A stretch of 64,000 bases of DNA. It comes from Bugula neritina. Lineage: Eukaryota > Animalia > Bryozoa. The position numbers were made by a program, and so were the translations under genes. Where the stretch lies: positions 32,974,773 to 33,038,772 of the forward strand of contig OZ037766.1 of the NCBI GenBank assembly GCA_964035545.1. The letters are read 5' to 3'. Numbering within the stretch: position 1 is the stretch's first letter; every line of letters starts with the position of its first letter. This document shows, piece after piece, positions 1 to 24,100 of this stretch. The notes beneath the pieces were generated by a model, which saw only the letters and a program-made list of their open reading frames with translations, was not told the DNA's origin and searched no databases.

Positions 1-129
1 TTACGTCCCAGTAACTACCAAGGGAGTATAACTCCTACAGTCACATGATACATCAATGTAGAGAACATAACTATGAGTTACAACAATGAGAGGAAGCAGG
101 GAGTAGCAGCTACTAAAGGAGCAATTTAC

Positions 130-156
130 CCGGTCGATTGGCGGACAGGTCCGTTC
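130..156 (-). CDS. Candidate 27-nt furry micro-exon
   Basis: Minus strand tcctcccag|GAACGGACCTGTCCGCCAATCGACCGG|gtaaat; frame-preserving and open in phase 2 (NGPVRQST), matching the phase of the exon ending at 1230. Confidence 0.4.
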
Positions 157-163
157 CTGGGAG

Positions 164-410
164 GACATCATGGTTACAGTTAGATACATAGATGTGTGTC
201 ATCATGGTTACAGTTAGATACATAGATGTGTGACATCATGGTTACAGTTAGTTACATGGATGTGTGACATCATGGTTACAGTTAGTTACATAGATGTGTG
301 ACATCATGATTACAGTTAGATACATGGATGTGTGACATCATGATTACAGTTAGATAGTTACATAGATGTGTGACATCATGGTGACAGTTAGATACATGGA
401 TGTCTATCTA
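164..410. repeat. 34-bp minisatellite, about 7 copies
   Basis: Unit acatcatggttacagttagatacatagatgtgtg; abuts the candidate micro-exon acceptor. Confidence 0.9.
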
Positions 411-626
411 AGGCACAAACTATTGTTCTGCTTTGTAAGGCAGCACAAATATACTCTAGTAACTAATTTTCATAACCTCAATGTTTGGAGAGCACAGAAT
501 GTGACAGCTGATAGAAGCCACCACCAACCCTATAATAAGGGTGAGGGAAGGCAAGCTGATAGGCCGTGCTATATCTACCTACCATGTCAACTAGAACTGG
601 TTACCAGTAAAAATCCTAACCTGCTT

Positions 627-1008
627 ACATGAAGGCAGGTTCACATGACACACCCACATGAAGGCAGGTTCACATGACACACCTACTTGAAGGCAGGTTC
701 ACATGACACACCCACATGAAGGCAGGTTCACATGACACACCTTTTTGAAGGCAGGTTCACATGACACACCTACTTGAAGGCAGGTTCACATGACACACCT
801 ACATGAAGGCAGGTTCACATGACACACCTACTTGAAGGCAGGTTCACATGACACACCTACATGAAGGCAGGTTCACATGACACACCTACATGAAGGCAGG
901 TTCACATGACACACCTACATGAAGGCAGGTTCACATGACACCTACATGAAGGCAGGTTCACATGACACACCTACATGAAGGCAGGTTCACATGACACACC
1001 TACATGAC
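627..1008. repeat. 29-bp minisatellite, about 13 copies
   Basis: Unit acatgaaggcaggttcacatgacacacct. Confidence 0.95.
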
Positions 1009-1229
1009 AACAGTTGTAAGAATGCATGTCATCTCTCATACAAAAACAATCATTTCATTTGCCTTCCTGTGAACATTGATGTAGTTCATTGTTACACAAC
1101 TGAAACGAAGAGCAGACGTGTGTTGTTTATAATAATCTACAATGATTAGCGGGAACAGTTAGGGAATATCTATCTGACCAATGAGAGCGGGTTTAAGAAG
1201 CTTAGCCAACAGAAACAGCGCGTACTTAC

Positions 1230-12831
<11,602 letters not shown>

Positions 12832-14462
12832 CTTGGCACAGTATTTCTCATTCACTCAGCAGACGTACCCAGTTGTCCCTTGTTCTATTTCCTGTAAACC
12901 GAGTGACTAAGCTAGTATCACTGGCAATGATTGATGCGCGCGAGTTAAAAACCTAACAGTTCACTCATCGGCGTGTAGGTGCTTACTGAATCAACGAACA
13001 CCGTGTCGGTTATTCACGAATAATTAACCCCCATCAACAAGCAATTACTTAAATTCGGTGTGTACTAGTTAGTTATGTGTGTACTAGTTTCAAATCACCA
13101 CTTGGTTCACCAACTGCTTTGACAATAATTATAATTATTAGTAGTAAATAATCCACCAGTTGTATTCCTTCAACGCTACAACGCGAATGACTCAATGGTC
13201 ACAGTTGACTGAATCCCGTATCAATAAGCGATTAACAAAACTTGGCAAAGTCGTGTTTATTTCGACTGTATTCGCTGCGAGTTAGGAATATACATGGTAT
13301 AATGTATTTCCAGAGCACACCGACAGATGAGCATCTCTTGCTGGGTTGCCGCAGACAGCTATTTATAGAACTGATGGAGACACCCAAACCTAATAATAAT
13401 TGGACCTATTTTCAAGCTCAAAGGTCATGGTTACTAATATACAGTATACTGTATAGTGTATAGTATTATTGTCACCACTCTAAAGATAATTGTCCTAGTT
13501 GAAATGGTTTCAAGACAATTTGTTGTTTTATAGAACCGCCTGCTTTTAAAATCCCTGGTGAGTTTAAAATAAAGTCAGGTTTGCACATTTAAATTAGACA
13601 TTGTTGAAACAAGCTCCAACCCTGATTATATGCAACAAGTGGAACACAGAAGGTCTTACTGTCACTATAGAATACACAGATATTGCTGTAAAAACAAGAA
13701 ATGCTGGTGTTAATAAATATTACTCTCTCAATGTGCTTTCTGTTACAATCTTATTCAGAGTTAGATACGTATTGGGGTGTTGGCGAAAAGCATAATATGT
13801 TCTACATGTAAAAGGTAACAGCAGATGTTGTGCTCTCTCTAGAATTAAAGCCAGCGGTTTGAATGTTTTCAACTTAAATCAATTTAATCCAAACATAAAC
13901 ATTGCCAAGACACTCCAATGCCTTCATAATCACTTTAAACTTTATTCAAATCCTAAAAACTTATTAAGGCTAAACTACAGTCAGCAACATAAATGTTTCA
14001 ACTGGAAACACAACAACGTATCAATCCTTCCAGCATAATTCAACTTGACTCAAAAGTTTATTACACTTCCAGTTGCTAGTTGCACAGTGCACAGAGAGAA
14101 TAGACAGTCTGTTGAAAGATAACAGCTCTAATAGAAACTTGGTTAATAGTCATGTTCTGCTACTGATGATAAGAGACATAGCAGAGATTAGACTTCCTTC
14201 TCCAAGTCATTTTCAAGACAAGTTATAAACTGAAGAAAACAGTGAAATGTGCACAAAATCACAGAAACCTGACGGCTTATGTTATGGTTTAATTCAGCTT
14301 TTCAGATATTGTCCAATCAACAGGCCTCTGACAAAAAATGCCTAGCTAAAGCTAGTAATAAATATGCTACTGTCAAGCTGTGCAAGATTAGCAAGGTCAA
14401 ACAGTAACAACTATTTTGTTTATTCCCAGGTACAGCATGCCTTAGCTAAACAGTGCCAGGTG

Positions 14463-14476
14463 GTTTCCATGGTAAC
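14463..14476. promoter_or_regulatory. RFX X-box motif
   Basis: GTTTCCATGGTAAC matches the X-box consensus; a second X-box-like ATTGCTTGGCAAC lies at 14520-14532. Confidence 0.45.
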
Positions 14477-14747
14477 CAATCAAAGACATTATGCATACTA
14501 GCATACCATTGCATAGCACATTGCTTGGCAACTGCCAAACAAACTTAGAGCACATGGTGCTGATTGTCACTGAGCTAAATCATACCAAATATGTACATTT
14601 TCAGACAAAATAAACGCAGCTTGTTTATCTGTCACTATAGCAACACTCTTTGATTATAAACAGAGTACAATAACTTTATAACTTCACTTGGAAAATTAAA
14701 TTGAAATTGGTTTTTAAAATTATTTCATTATTGCAGTATTATGTTGG

Positions 14748-14963
14748 TCACAGTGAGAGTTTGTGACCAACTGTGTGACAGTGAGAGTTTGTGACCAACT
14801 GTGTGACAGTGAGAGCTTGTGACCAACTGTGTGACAGTGAGAGCTTGTGACCAACTGTGTGACAGTGAGAGCTTGTGACCAACTGTGTGACAGTGAGAGC
14901 TTGTGACCAACTGTGTGACAGTGAGAGCTTGTGACCAACTGTGTGACAGTGAGAGCTTGTGAC
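14748..14963. repeat. 28-bp minisatellite, about 7.5 copies
   Basis: Unit gtgacagtgagagcttgtgaccaactgt. Confidence 0.95.
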
Positions 14964-15132
14964 TCCATACAGAAATACAGTTAATAGATAGCAGGAAGTA
15001 TTTCACACCGTAAAGTAAACTCCCTGTGAATGATGCCATGACATACCAAACAGTGTAGAAGACAGAGTATCAACTAATAATTGCTGATTCAGTTTGAAAT
15101 AAACTATAAAAACAGATGAAACTTCAGCTTAC

Positions 15133-15220
15133 CGCCTCCAGTTGGTCTGGAGTCAGAACTAGTTTTGTTGATTGCATTGGGAATCACAGTTGCCCTTGAC
15201 ATTGGTTTATTGGCCTCCAT
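15133..15220 (-). CDS. Candidate alternative first coding exon of furry (MEANKPMSRATVIPNAINKTSSDSRPTGG)
   Basis: Acceptor ttatttag| before 15258, upstream in-frame stop, GCT-ATG-G context, donor G|gtaagc in phase 1 matching exon 9477-9286. Confidence 0.5.
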
Positions 15221-18143
15221 AGCCCCAGTCCCCAATGTTCGTGGGAAATTGTTTCAACCTAAATAAAATTCAATTGCATTATTTCCACATTTCTGTTCTT
15301 TAGGCATCACAATTTATTACTAAACAAAAGTATTCAAACTCTTGAGTCTAACTTTAAAAATACAATTTAAATCTATGTGACAATACGAAAGTGAACATAT
15401 GAACATTTGCACTTACGTCACACTGGGTTTCATAGTACTATTAGACCTGCTAGCATTTCAGTTCAAAGGGTTTGTGTCAGTACTAGAAAAACTATTCATA
15501 TTTATACTTATACCATATTAGTAATTTGCAATTGAATCACAATGCTTACTAACATAGGCATGTGGTGAATATAAGTAACTTACTAATTCTAACATTTGTA
15601 AGCATAATAGTAAGAATACTAATAATTATATTTAAGATGACACTCAATAAAAATAATATTTCAATATTACAGCAATACAGCTGTATTATTCTCAGCATCA
15701 CTTATATTAAAAGTTATTGATTTCAAATACGGATGTCTTTTAATTATAATCTAGTTTAAACATGTTAATCATAACATGTCAATCACAATTACAATGATTA
15801 TAGAAAATATCTGGTGCTTACCAATACACAACTTGCAATTTTAGTTACTAACGAACAATAACTTCAAATATAGCATTTAATCAAATACTTCAGAATTGGC
15901 GAATTAATTCCAACTAAAGTACATTTACTACTATTGAACTATTTAGTAAACTTACAATAGAGATTCCCCTAATGTCAATAAAGCTATAACACTAATAATT
16001 TACAACAATAACAACATACTCATTCGCAGTCAATAGTTTATTCATTTTAAACTAATTATTGCTGTGATTGCTAATATGAATTAAAATTAAAATGTTGCAA
16101 CTTTCACTTTAAATCTAATAATTACATTTGCTGCAAAACTCACCAGTAAGTTTTATTCATACCATTACTACATAATAACTTCAAGCAAATGCAATAACTA
16201 ATAGTTATACTTATATTAAGAACTTAAAAAGTAAGAGCATTATAAAAAATAAGACTAGGAGTACTTTATAGTAATATTATAACTATTATTATAATATTTA
16301 AAGAAACTCAATCATCTAGTGGTAAATTCAATATTATTGTGAGTTGTATCATATTCACTGTGATTCAGATTGTGAAAAAGCAGAGTCTATTCATTTTCAC
16401 TTAAGGAATAAGAATATTAATACTAATAGTAATACCCAGTATTACTAACACTAATACAGTGAGTAATATTAATACTAATAGTAATACTAATACTGTTATA
16501 GTAATAGAGACACTGACAGTACCCTCACTAAATACATCATATGATAGTGATAACATATGCCATTCAAATTGAAGTTTACTAATTAAATCTTATTGAGTTA
16601 TTATAATTTATAATCTAATTCAAATTGATATTCCATTTTTAATATCAATATGAATATGAAATTTAAACTGAAAGTGAATGTCCCTATAATTATAAATTAA
16701 AATAAACCTATATTTAGTATTAAAAATAGATCAATTTAAATATAAAAAATATGTGAATTAAAACGTACTGCTACTTATAACTGTATGTTTTGGCATGCTC
16801 CAGCTGCTGGTATATTAATATTTAACGACATATTAAAATTTTATAATCCTTCTCGACTAACACTAACAGTGTGAGTCTCACTTCGTGGTTTTATCAATAG
16901 TAAAATGAAAACCAAGTTAGATTTAATCATGAGAAGGCAACTTCAACTATGATCCGTATTGAACGAGTTTAGCCTGATTCGCTAACCCAATTGTAGCTAC
17001 TCTTCTTTTCCTACTTTTTTGTATTATAGTCGAAATAAAATATTTTATCTTGAGTTGTTATAGTTTACTTTTTAAATTTTATTTAATAAAAGTAAAATAT
17101 TTTTAATTTTTCCAAATTCAAATTTTTTTAAAAACAAATGCACAGATGTGACCATATAAAGACTTTTAGAGACTACTGAAGGGTCCTTGGAAACCTAGAA
17201 ACTGCTTCCGCCACTCAGTAGAGGTTGTTACCATTGAACTATAATTATAGTTTCAGTTCAGTGGTTGTTACAATTGATGAAACAGTTTACAGCACACAGT
17301 TTAGCTGTGTACTATTAAAGCAATAGTGCGTGTTACAAGTACAAAAAATAATTTGTCATTCATCCTGTTAAACTAGTTACCTTTACAGTGTTGTAAGTCC
17401 AATTTTGAGGCACACATAGAATTTGATTTTGAAATTGGCATAGTGATAGTCATAGTGATACTGATAGTCATACTCATAGTCATAGTGTTGTTTATACATT
17501 GTAAATAATATTAAATAAAACCGTGTTGATAAATAAAAGCATATTCAAATCAGATGTGATTAAACCATTTTTATTTGAACTTATCAATATGAAAAATGTA
17601 ATCAATAAACAACATGGTTTATATCCTGATTCTTAGCAAAGGCAGACATACTGTTAGTTGGGCTAATATTCTTTCACTGTGAGTTGAACCATAATTCTTA
17701 TTATAAAAGTTTAGAAATAAAATGTAAGTACCTAATGTTATTTTTTAATTTACTTTTTAAAATTTTAGATAATATGATAAAACTTATAAATTAAAAATGC
17801 CTGCAAAAGTCTCTGATGAGGACTGTGTTTCTCACCGTGCTGGCAACATAGTTTAAGAGCTTTACTGAGGCACAGGAGCAATTATGATCAAATGCCTTCT
17901 CTTACATCACCAATGGCCTGCATCTCAACCCATGGCATGTGACAAGGCCTATGATCTGATATTTACTACTAATTGAGTTAACACAATGATAGCAGCATAT
18001 TTTTTAAATAGTTATTTTTTGCAATCCCAAGTTGTTTATTGTGAGTTTGAAACTGTTAAAAAAGTTGTTTAGCTTACTTTTAATATCATGTTTTTGTTTT
18101 AATATTACAGAATGATTTTTTGTGCATAGTAAAAGTAGGCGAA

Positions 18144-21100
18144 ATGTCATTTTCACCTCTGCCTCGACTGCGTACGGCTGCTGAATCTAGAGACTGCATA
18201 GAGTATAAAACAGGAGCCAAGTATGAAGGTCAAGTAGACGGGAAGAAACGTAAAGGTTCAGGCACATTTTACTGGCCAAATGGAGCTAAATATGAAGGAG
18301 AATTTTCTGATAATCAAAGACAAGGACAAGGTTCGTAGCAAACTGTGATTGATCGTATAATAATAATATATTATAGACTGTGTATAATATACTCTGTGTA
18401 ATATACTGTGTGTAATATACTGTGTAATATACTGTGTGTAATATACTATCTGTAATATACTGTGTGTAATATATATTGTGTGTAATATGCTATCTGTAAT
18501 ATATACTGTGTGTAATATACTCTGTGTAGTATACCATACGTAACATACTCTGTGTAGTATACCATACGTAAGATACTGTGTGTAATATTGTATATGGAAT
18601 TCATACAGGTATACAAGTCTGGGCTGATGGCAGCTCCTACGAAGGTGTATTTAAAGATGACCTGAGACAGGGTCAAGGGACACAAACTTGGACAGATGGT
18701 TCTGTAGGTTTATTGCCCTTAATAATGAGATCTGCCTTGCAGTTTATTACTTGTTGTACATAATTTTCATTATTTGAATTGAAAAGTTTTCACTGAAGTT
18801 ATAACTATAAGTTTTTAAAGCTGCAATGTAGTATGTACATAAGAGCCGATGAATTTATTTGACTTTTTGTTGGAATAAATAGTCCACTATATTTAATTTA
18901 AAAAAAATTCAGTTCAGAATTTAGCCCAAGTTTAAAATAAAAACACTTCTGAAAATTTAGACAGAAACATATAAGATTTTTGTGTTTTTTAGAAATATAC
19001 AGGTACTTTCTTCCGAGACCGTCGTCATGGAAACGGCAGTTATTTATGGTCGGACGGCTCTAACTTCACAGGCTACTTTTATGTGGACAGGAGAGAAGGC
19101 TATGGAAAGTTGACTCTTAGTAATGGAAATGTTTTTGAGGTAAGCTACCTAGCATAATATAATTAATAGTAAGTGGCAAGTAATTAAATGAAATGGTAAG
19201 TAAGTACATGAATTTAGTAAGTATATCAAGTAAATAGATAAAATAGTAAGTATTAATGAACTGTAAGTACATGAAATAGTAAGTATATCAAGTAAAGAGA
19301 TGAAATAGTAAGTACATATTAGGCCACTTAATGGAGTTTGTTGTGCCACCGTTACAGGGTCTCTACCGGAAGGATGAAAGGTTTGGCCCTGGAATTTTCA
19401 CATACTCAGACGGCAAACAGGATGTAGGACTGTGGTGCGGAGAGAAACTGGTGAAAGTTCTGTCTCCCATAGACAATAGCTTCTCAATGACTCACCACAC
19501 TAAGTTGGACTACTGTCCTGGGGATCATGTGACCATGGTGACACTAGACGACAGGTACCACAACAACACTCATGTGATTAGCCCCATCATACGTCCTCCA
19601 ACTGGATACAAATACTCTGGAAACTCTAATCTAGAAGAAAACAGTAAATCTGTATTCAATGACTCACTCCATCCTGACAGGTGAGTGGGATTGTCTCCAG
19701 ATTATAAAGGCATCTAAATTAACCGCCAGCCATTTGTAGAAAATAAGCATTTGAAATACTGATATAAATAGTAATAACAATACTAATGAAAATGGCATTT
19801 GGGAATGATAATATGACATATCAACATTCCTAGCAGAAAGTTGAATATTTGTCATCGTATATTCTGATATGTGTTATATTTTGATACTTACTATATAACA
19901 TAATATAAAGTGTAATATTTTAATACTTATATAACATAATATATAGTGTAATATTTTAATACTTATATACCATAATATGTAGTGTAATATTTTAATACTT
20001 ATAGAACATGATATATAGTATAATATTTTAATACTTATTATATAACATAATATATAGTGTAATATTTTAATACTTATTATATAACATAATATATAGTGTA
20101 ATATTTTAATACTTATATAACATATAGTGTAATATTTTAATATGTATATAACATAATGGTGTATTCTGTTGTAGTCTGGCGATGAATTGTGAGGTGTTTG
20201 AGTCAGAGTTTTTTAAGGATTCAACTGATGCAGATAAAAATGAGGTCAAGGTCACACAAGCTATAAATAGCTCGCCAGTGTTGATAGACATGCAAAAATA
20301 TATTCACAGGTTTGTCGAAGGCCAAAAACTTACATAGAAATTAGCTAATCAGCCTAAACATAATATAGAATACTAAACTTGAGTTTTACTTAAGTTGTGG
20401 GTGTGTAGTCATGTGTTGTATTATATAGCGTTGCTGTCATACAAGCTTTTAGAGAAAAAGCTATGGACAGCTTTCAGCTAAATAGCTACTGTTTTATGTA
20501 TACATGATTTTACTCTCTTTGTACTACTTACCTAGTTATCGTGCTCGGCACGTATATATTATAGTTCTACAATGAGCTCTACTCTCCATTTTATTAGTGA
20601 GTTTTATAGCTTCTTGTTGAGCATTACATTGATTGCTTTAGATCACCAATATTTACATTACTAAGCATTGTTAAGTTGTCATATAACTAGTTTCATATAA
20701 TATAAGGTATAGGTATTGTAATATGATGCTCATCATAAACACCATCTTAATTAATTTTGTATAGAATGAATCTAATTTCATCAAACAAATAATGATAAGG
20801 AAACTGCACTCTAAACAGACACAGGGACAGAGTCTTTACTCAGCGCTCAGGACAGTAAATATAAACTCTCTCTCTCATCTTCTATTTAGACACAGACACG
20901 CTGCAAACTCTGTCCCTTTTGACGTCACTTTGTTTCAACACGGCCCAAGAAGTGCTTTCAAAGCTGCCCCTGGGCCACTAGAGAACAAATCAATAGAGTT
21001 GATAGAGGCGTGTTTCCATGGTGACAGAGAGAAGGTACAAAATCTATTAATAGCCGATGACTTGTCTCCAGATGTGGCGGACTCTACGGGGTTTACAGCT

Positions 21101-24100
21101 CTGCAGGCAGCAGTGGTGAGTTTCAGAGACCTAACTCAGTGTGGCAGCAGCAGTAGTAGCAGCAGCAGCAGTAGCAGTAGTAGTAGCAGTAGTAGCAGCA
21201 GCAGCAGTAGTAGTAGTAGCAGCAATAGTGCATGTGTGGTAATTAGTGTTACATAGCAAAGATACCAACCAGTTTGTGTCTTTTTATGTCAGTTGAATAG
21301 AATTTTTTAATTTTAACCATAAGACATAATTTGATAGACCAGATTTTTTTTTGCTATTAAATATTTTCTTTTTCCTATGTTTTTTAAATATCTTTTTAGT
21401 TTTGTAGCTATTACAGTTAGACTTGAAACTGTATTTTAATAATAAACTAACAAACTCTCATCAACAACAGTCTTCAGCTGTATCAGTTGCAGATGAACTA
21501 TGATTAGCCAATCACGTGCTTGCTGACAAATATCAACTCATGTTGCAGATGAACTGCCATCAGCCAATCATCAACATGCTGTTAGATGCTGGTGCAGACG
21601 TCAACAAACTGAATGATGAGGGATTGTCCGCTCTTGCTCAATGCTTTGTGTTTTACTACCCTGTTGAATCATTCAAAGAGAATATAGCGGAGAAAGAGTA
21701 TTTAATTCCTAAAACTAATGGATCAGGTGGGTTGTATATTGTAGTTATTATAGTATATATTGTGATTATTATAGTATATAATGTGGTTATTATAGTATAT
21801 ATTGTGGTTATTATAGTATATATTGTGGTTATTATAGTATATATTGTGGTTATTATAGCACATATTGTGGTTATTATAGCACATTTTTATGCAGCTACAG
21901 TGTAAATGAGAAAAAAGAACATTTGTATACTTTCAAATTATTATAATTTTGCAAAGTAAAAGATTATTAAAACAATTTTATATAACATTTTATTAGTCTA
22001 TGTTATTATATTATGTTATGTGTATGTTATGTGTATGTTATGTGTATGTTATGTGTTCAACACACAGATGAAATGGAATACATTGATGTGGTACCAACCA
22101 AACCTCTCTCAACCACTGATGTCTATTTCTATCACTATATTAAGAGAGATCGTTTAGGTTTACCTCTCAGTTTCTGTGTTGGTCTTCTGTTTATCTGTTC
22201 TTAATGTTCTGGTTACTCATGTTAATCTTAAGCATAATTATTATGCATTAAAAGAGGAGTTAAGTTGAGAGCCAGATTCACAATGTAGACGCTTAAAATA
22301 CTTTGCCTTTTAGACTTGTTTAATATGTGATTAGTCATTCCAGTTGGAATGTCTTATACCTAGAGAGTTATCCTATCTTGTTTATATTACTCATTAAGTT
22401 CATTAGCCAATATCTTGTCACATGATATTATTACACCATATATAAATGAAGCTGATGAAATACGTATACAATTCTAGATTAGAAATAAAATCTTTAATTG
22501 AAAATTTGTAATTCCTTGTGGTTGATTTTGCACTGGTGGAAAATATTAGCCATGGTTTCTCACTTTGTAGCCATGGTTCTTACTTTGTAGCCATGGTTCT
22601 CACTTTGTAGCCATGGTTCTCAACGGTTCGACAAACAAGCTCTCGTCCAAAGAGCAACTTTCCAGTCGAAGTTCTGAGGATAGGACGAACAACAAGGCGA
22701 TTACGCCGAATGCAAGGGATTCCGGGTTTGAGTCTCGCAAAGATGTTCAGAATCTGCCCCCTCCTTCAGGTAGTAGGACTTAGTGTATGATGTCTACTCC
22801 TTCAGGTAGTAGGACTTAGTGTATTATGTCTACTCCTTCAGGTAGTAGGACTTAGTATGTCTACTCCTTCAGGTAGTAGGACTTAGTGTATAATGTCTAC
22901 TCCTTCAGGTAGTAGGACTTAGTGTATCTACTCCTTCAGGTAGTAGGACTTAGTGTATAATGTCTACTCCTTCAGGTAGTAGGACTTAGTGTATCTACTC
23001 CTTCAGGTAGTAGGACTTAGTGTATCTACTCCTTCAGGTAGTAGGACTTAGTGTATAATGTCTACTCCTTCAGGTAGTAGGACTTAGTGTATAATGTCTA
23101 CTCCTTCAGCTAGTAGGACTTAGTGTATGATGTCTACTCCTTCAGCTAGTAGGACTTAGTGTATAATGTCTACTCCTTCAGCTAGTAGAACTTAGTGTAT
23201 GATGTCTACTCCTTCAGCTAGTAGGACTTAGTGTATAATGTCTACTCCTTCAGGTAGTAGGACTTAGTGTATAATGTCTACTCCTTCAGGTAGTAGAACT
23301 TAGTGTATAATGTCTACTCCTTCAGGTAGTAGGACTTAGTATGTCTACTCCTTCAGCTAGTAGGACTTAGTGTATTATGTCTACTCCTTCAGCTAGTAGG
23401 ACTTAGTGTATAATGTCTACTCCTTCAGGTAGTAGGACTTAGTGTATTATGTCTACTCCTTCAGGTAGTAGGACTTAGTGTATAATATCTACTCCTTCAG
23501 GTAGTAGGACTTAGTGTATAATGTCTACTCCTTCAGGTAGTAGGACTTAGTGTATCTACTCCTTCAGCTAGTAGGACTTAGTGTATAATGTCTACTCCTT
23601 CAGGTAGTAGGACTTAGTGTATGATATCTACTCCTTCAGGTAGTAGGACTTAGTGTAATATGTCTACTCCTTCAGCTAGTAGGACTTAGTGTATAATGTC
23701 TACTCCTTCAGGTAGTAGGACTTAGTGTATAATATCTACTCCTTCAGGTAGTAGGACTTAGTATGTCTACTCCTTCAGGTAGTAGGACTTAGTGTAATAT
23801 GTCTACTCCTTCAGGTAGTAGGACTTAGTGTAATATGTCTACTCCTTCAGGTAGTAAGACTTAGTATATAATGTCTACTCCTTCAGGTAGTAGGACTTAG
23901 TGTATGATATCTACTTCTTCAGGTAGTAGGACTTAGTGTATGATGTCTACTCCTTCAGGTAGTAGGACTTAGTGTATAATATCTACTCCTTCAGGTAGTA
24001 GGACTTAGTGTATAATATCTACTCCTTCAGGTAGTAGGACTTAGTGTATCTACTCCTTCAGGTAGTAGAACTTAGTGTATAATATCTACTCCTTCAGGTA

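Noticed and set aside
17813-17860. Hammerhead ribozyme core CTGATGA
   Set aside because: No downstream GAAA or supporting stems
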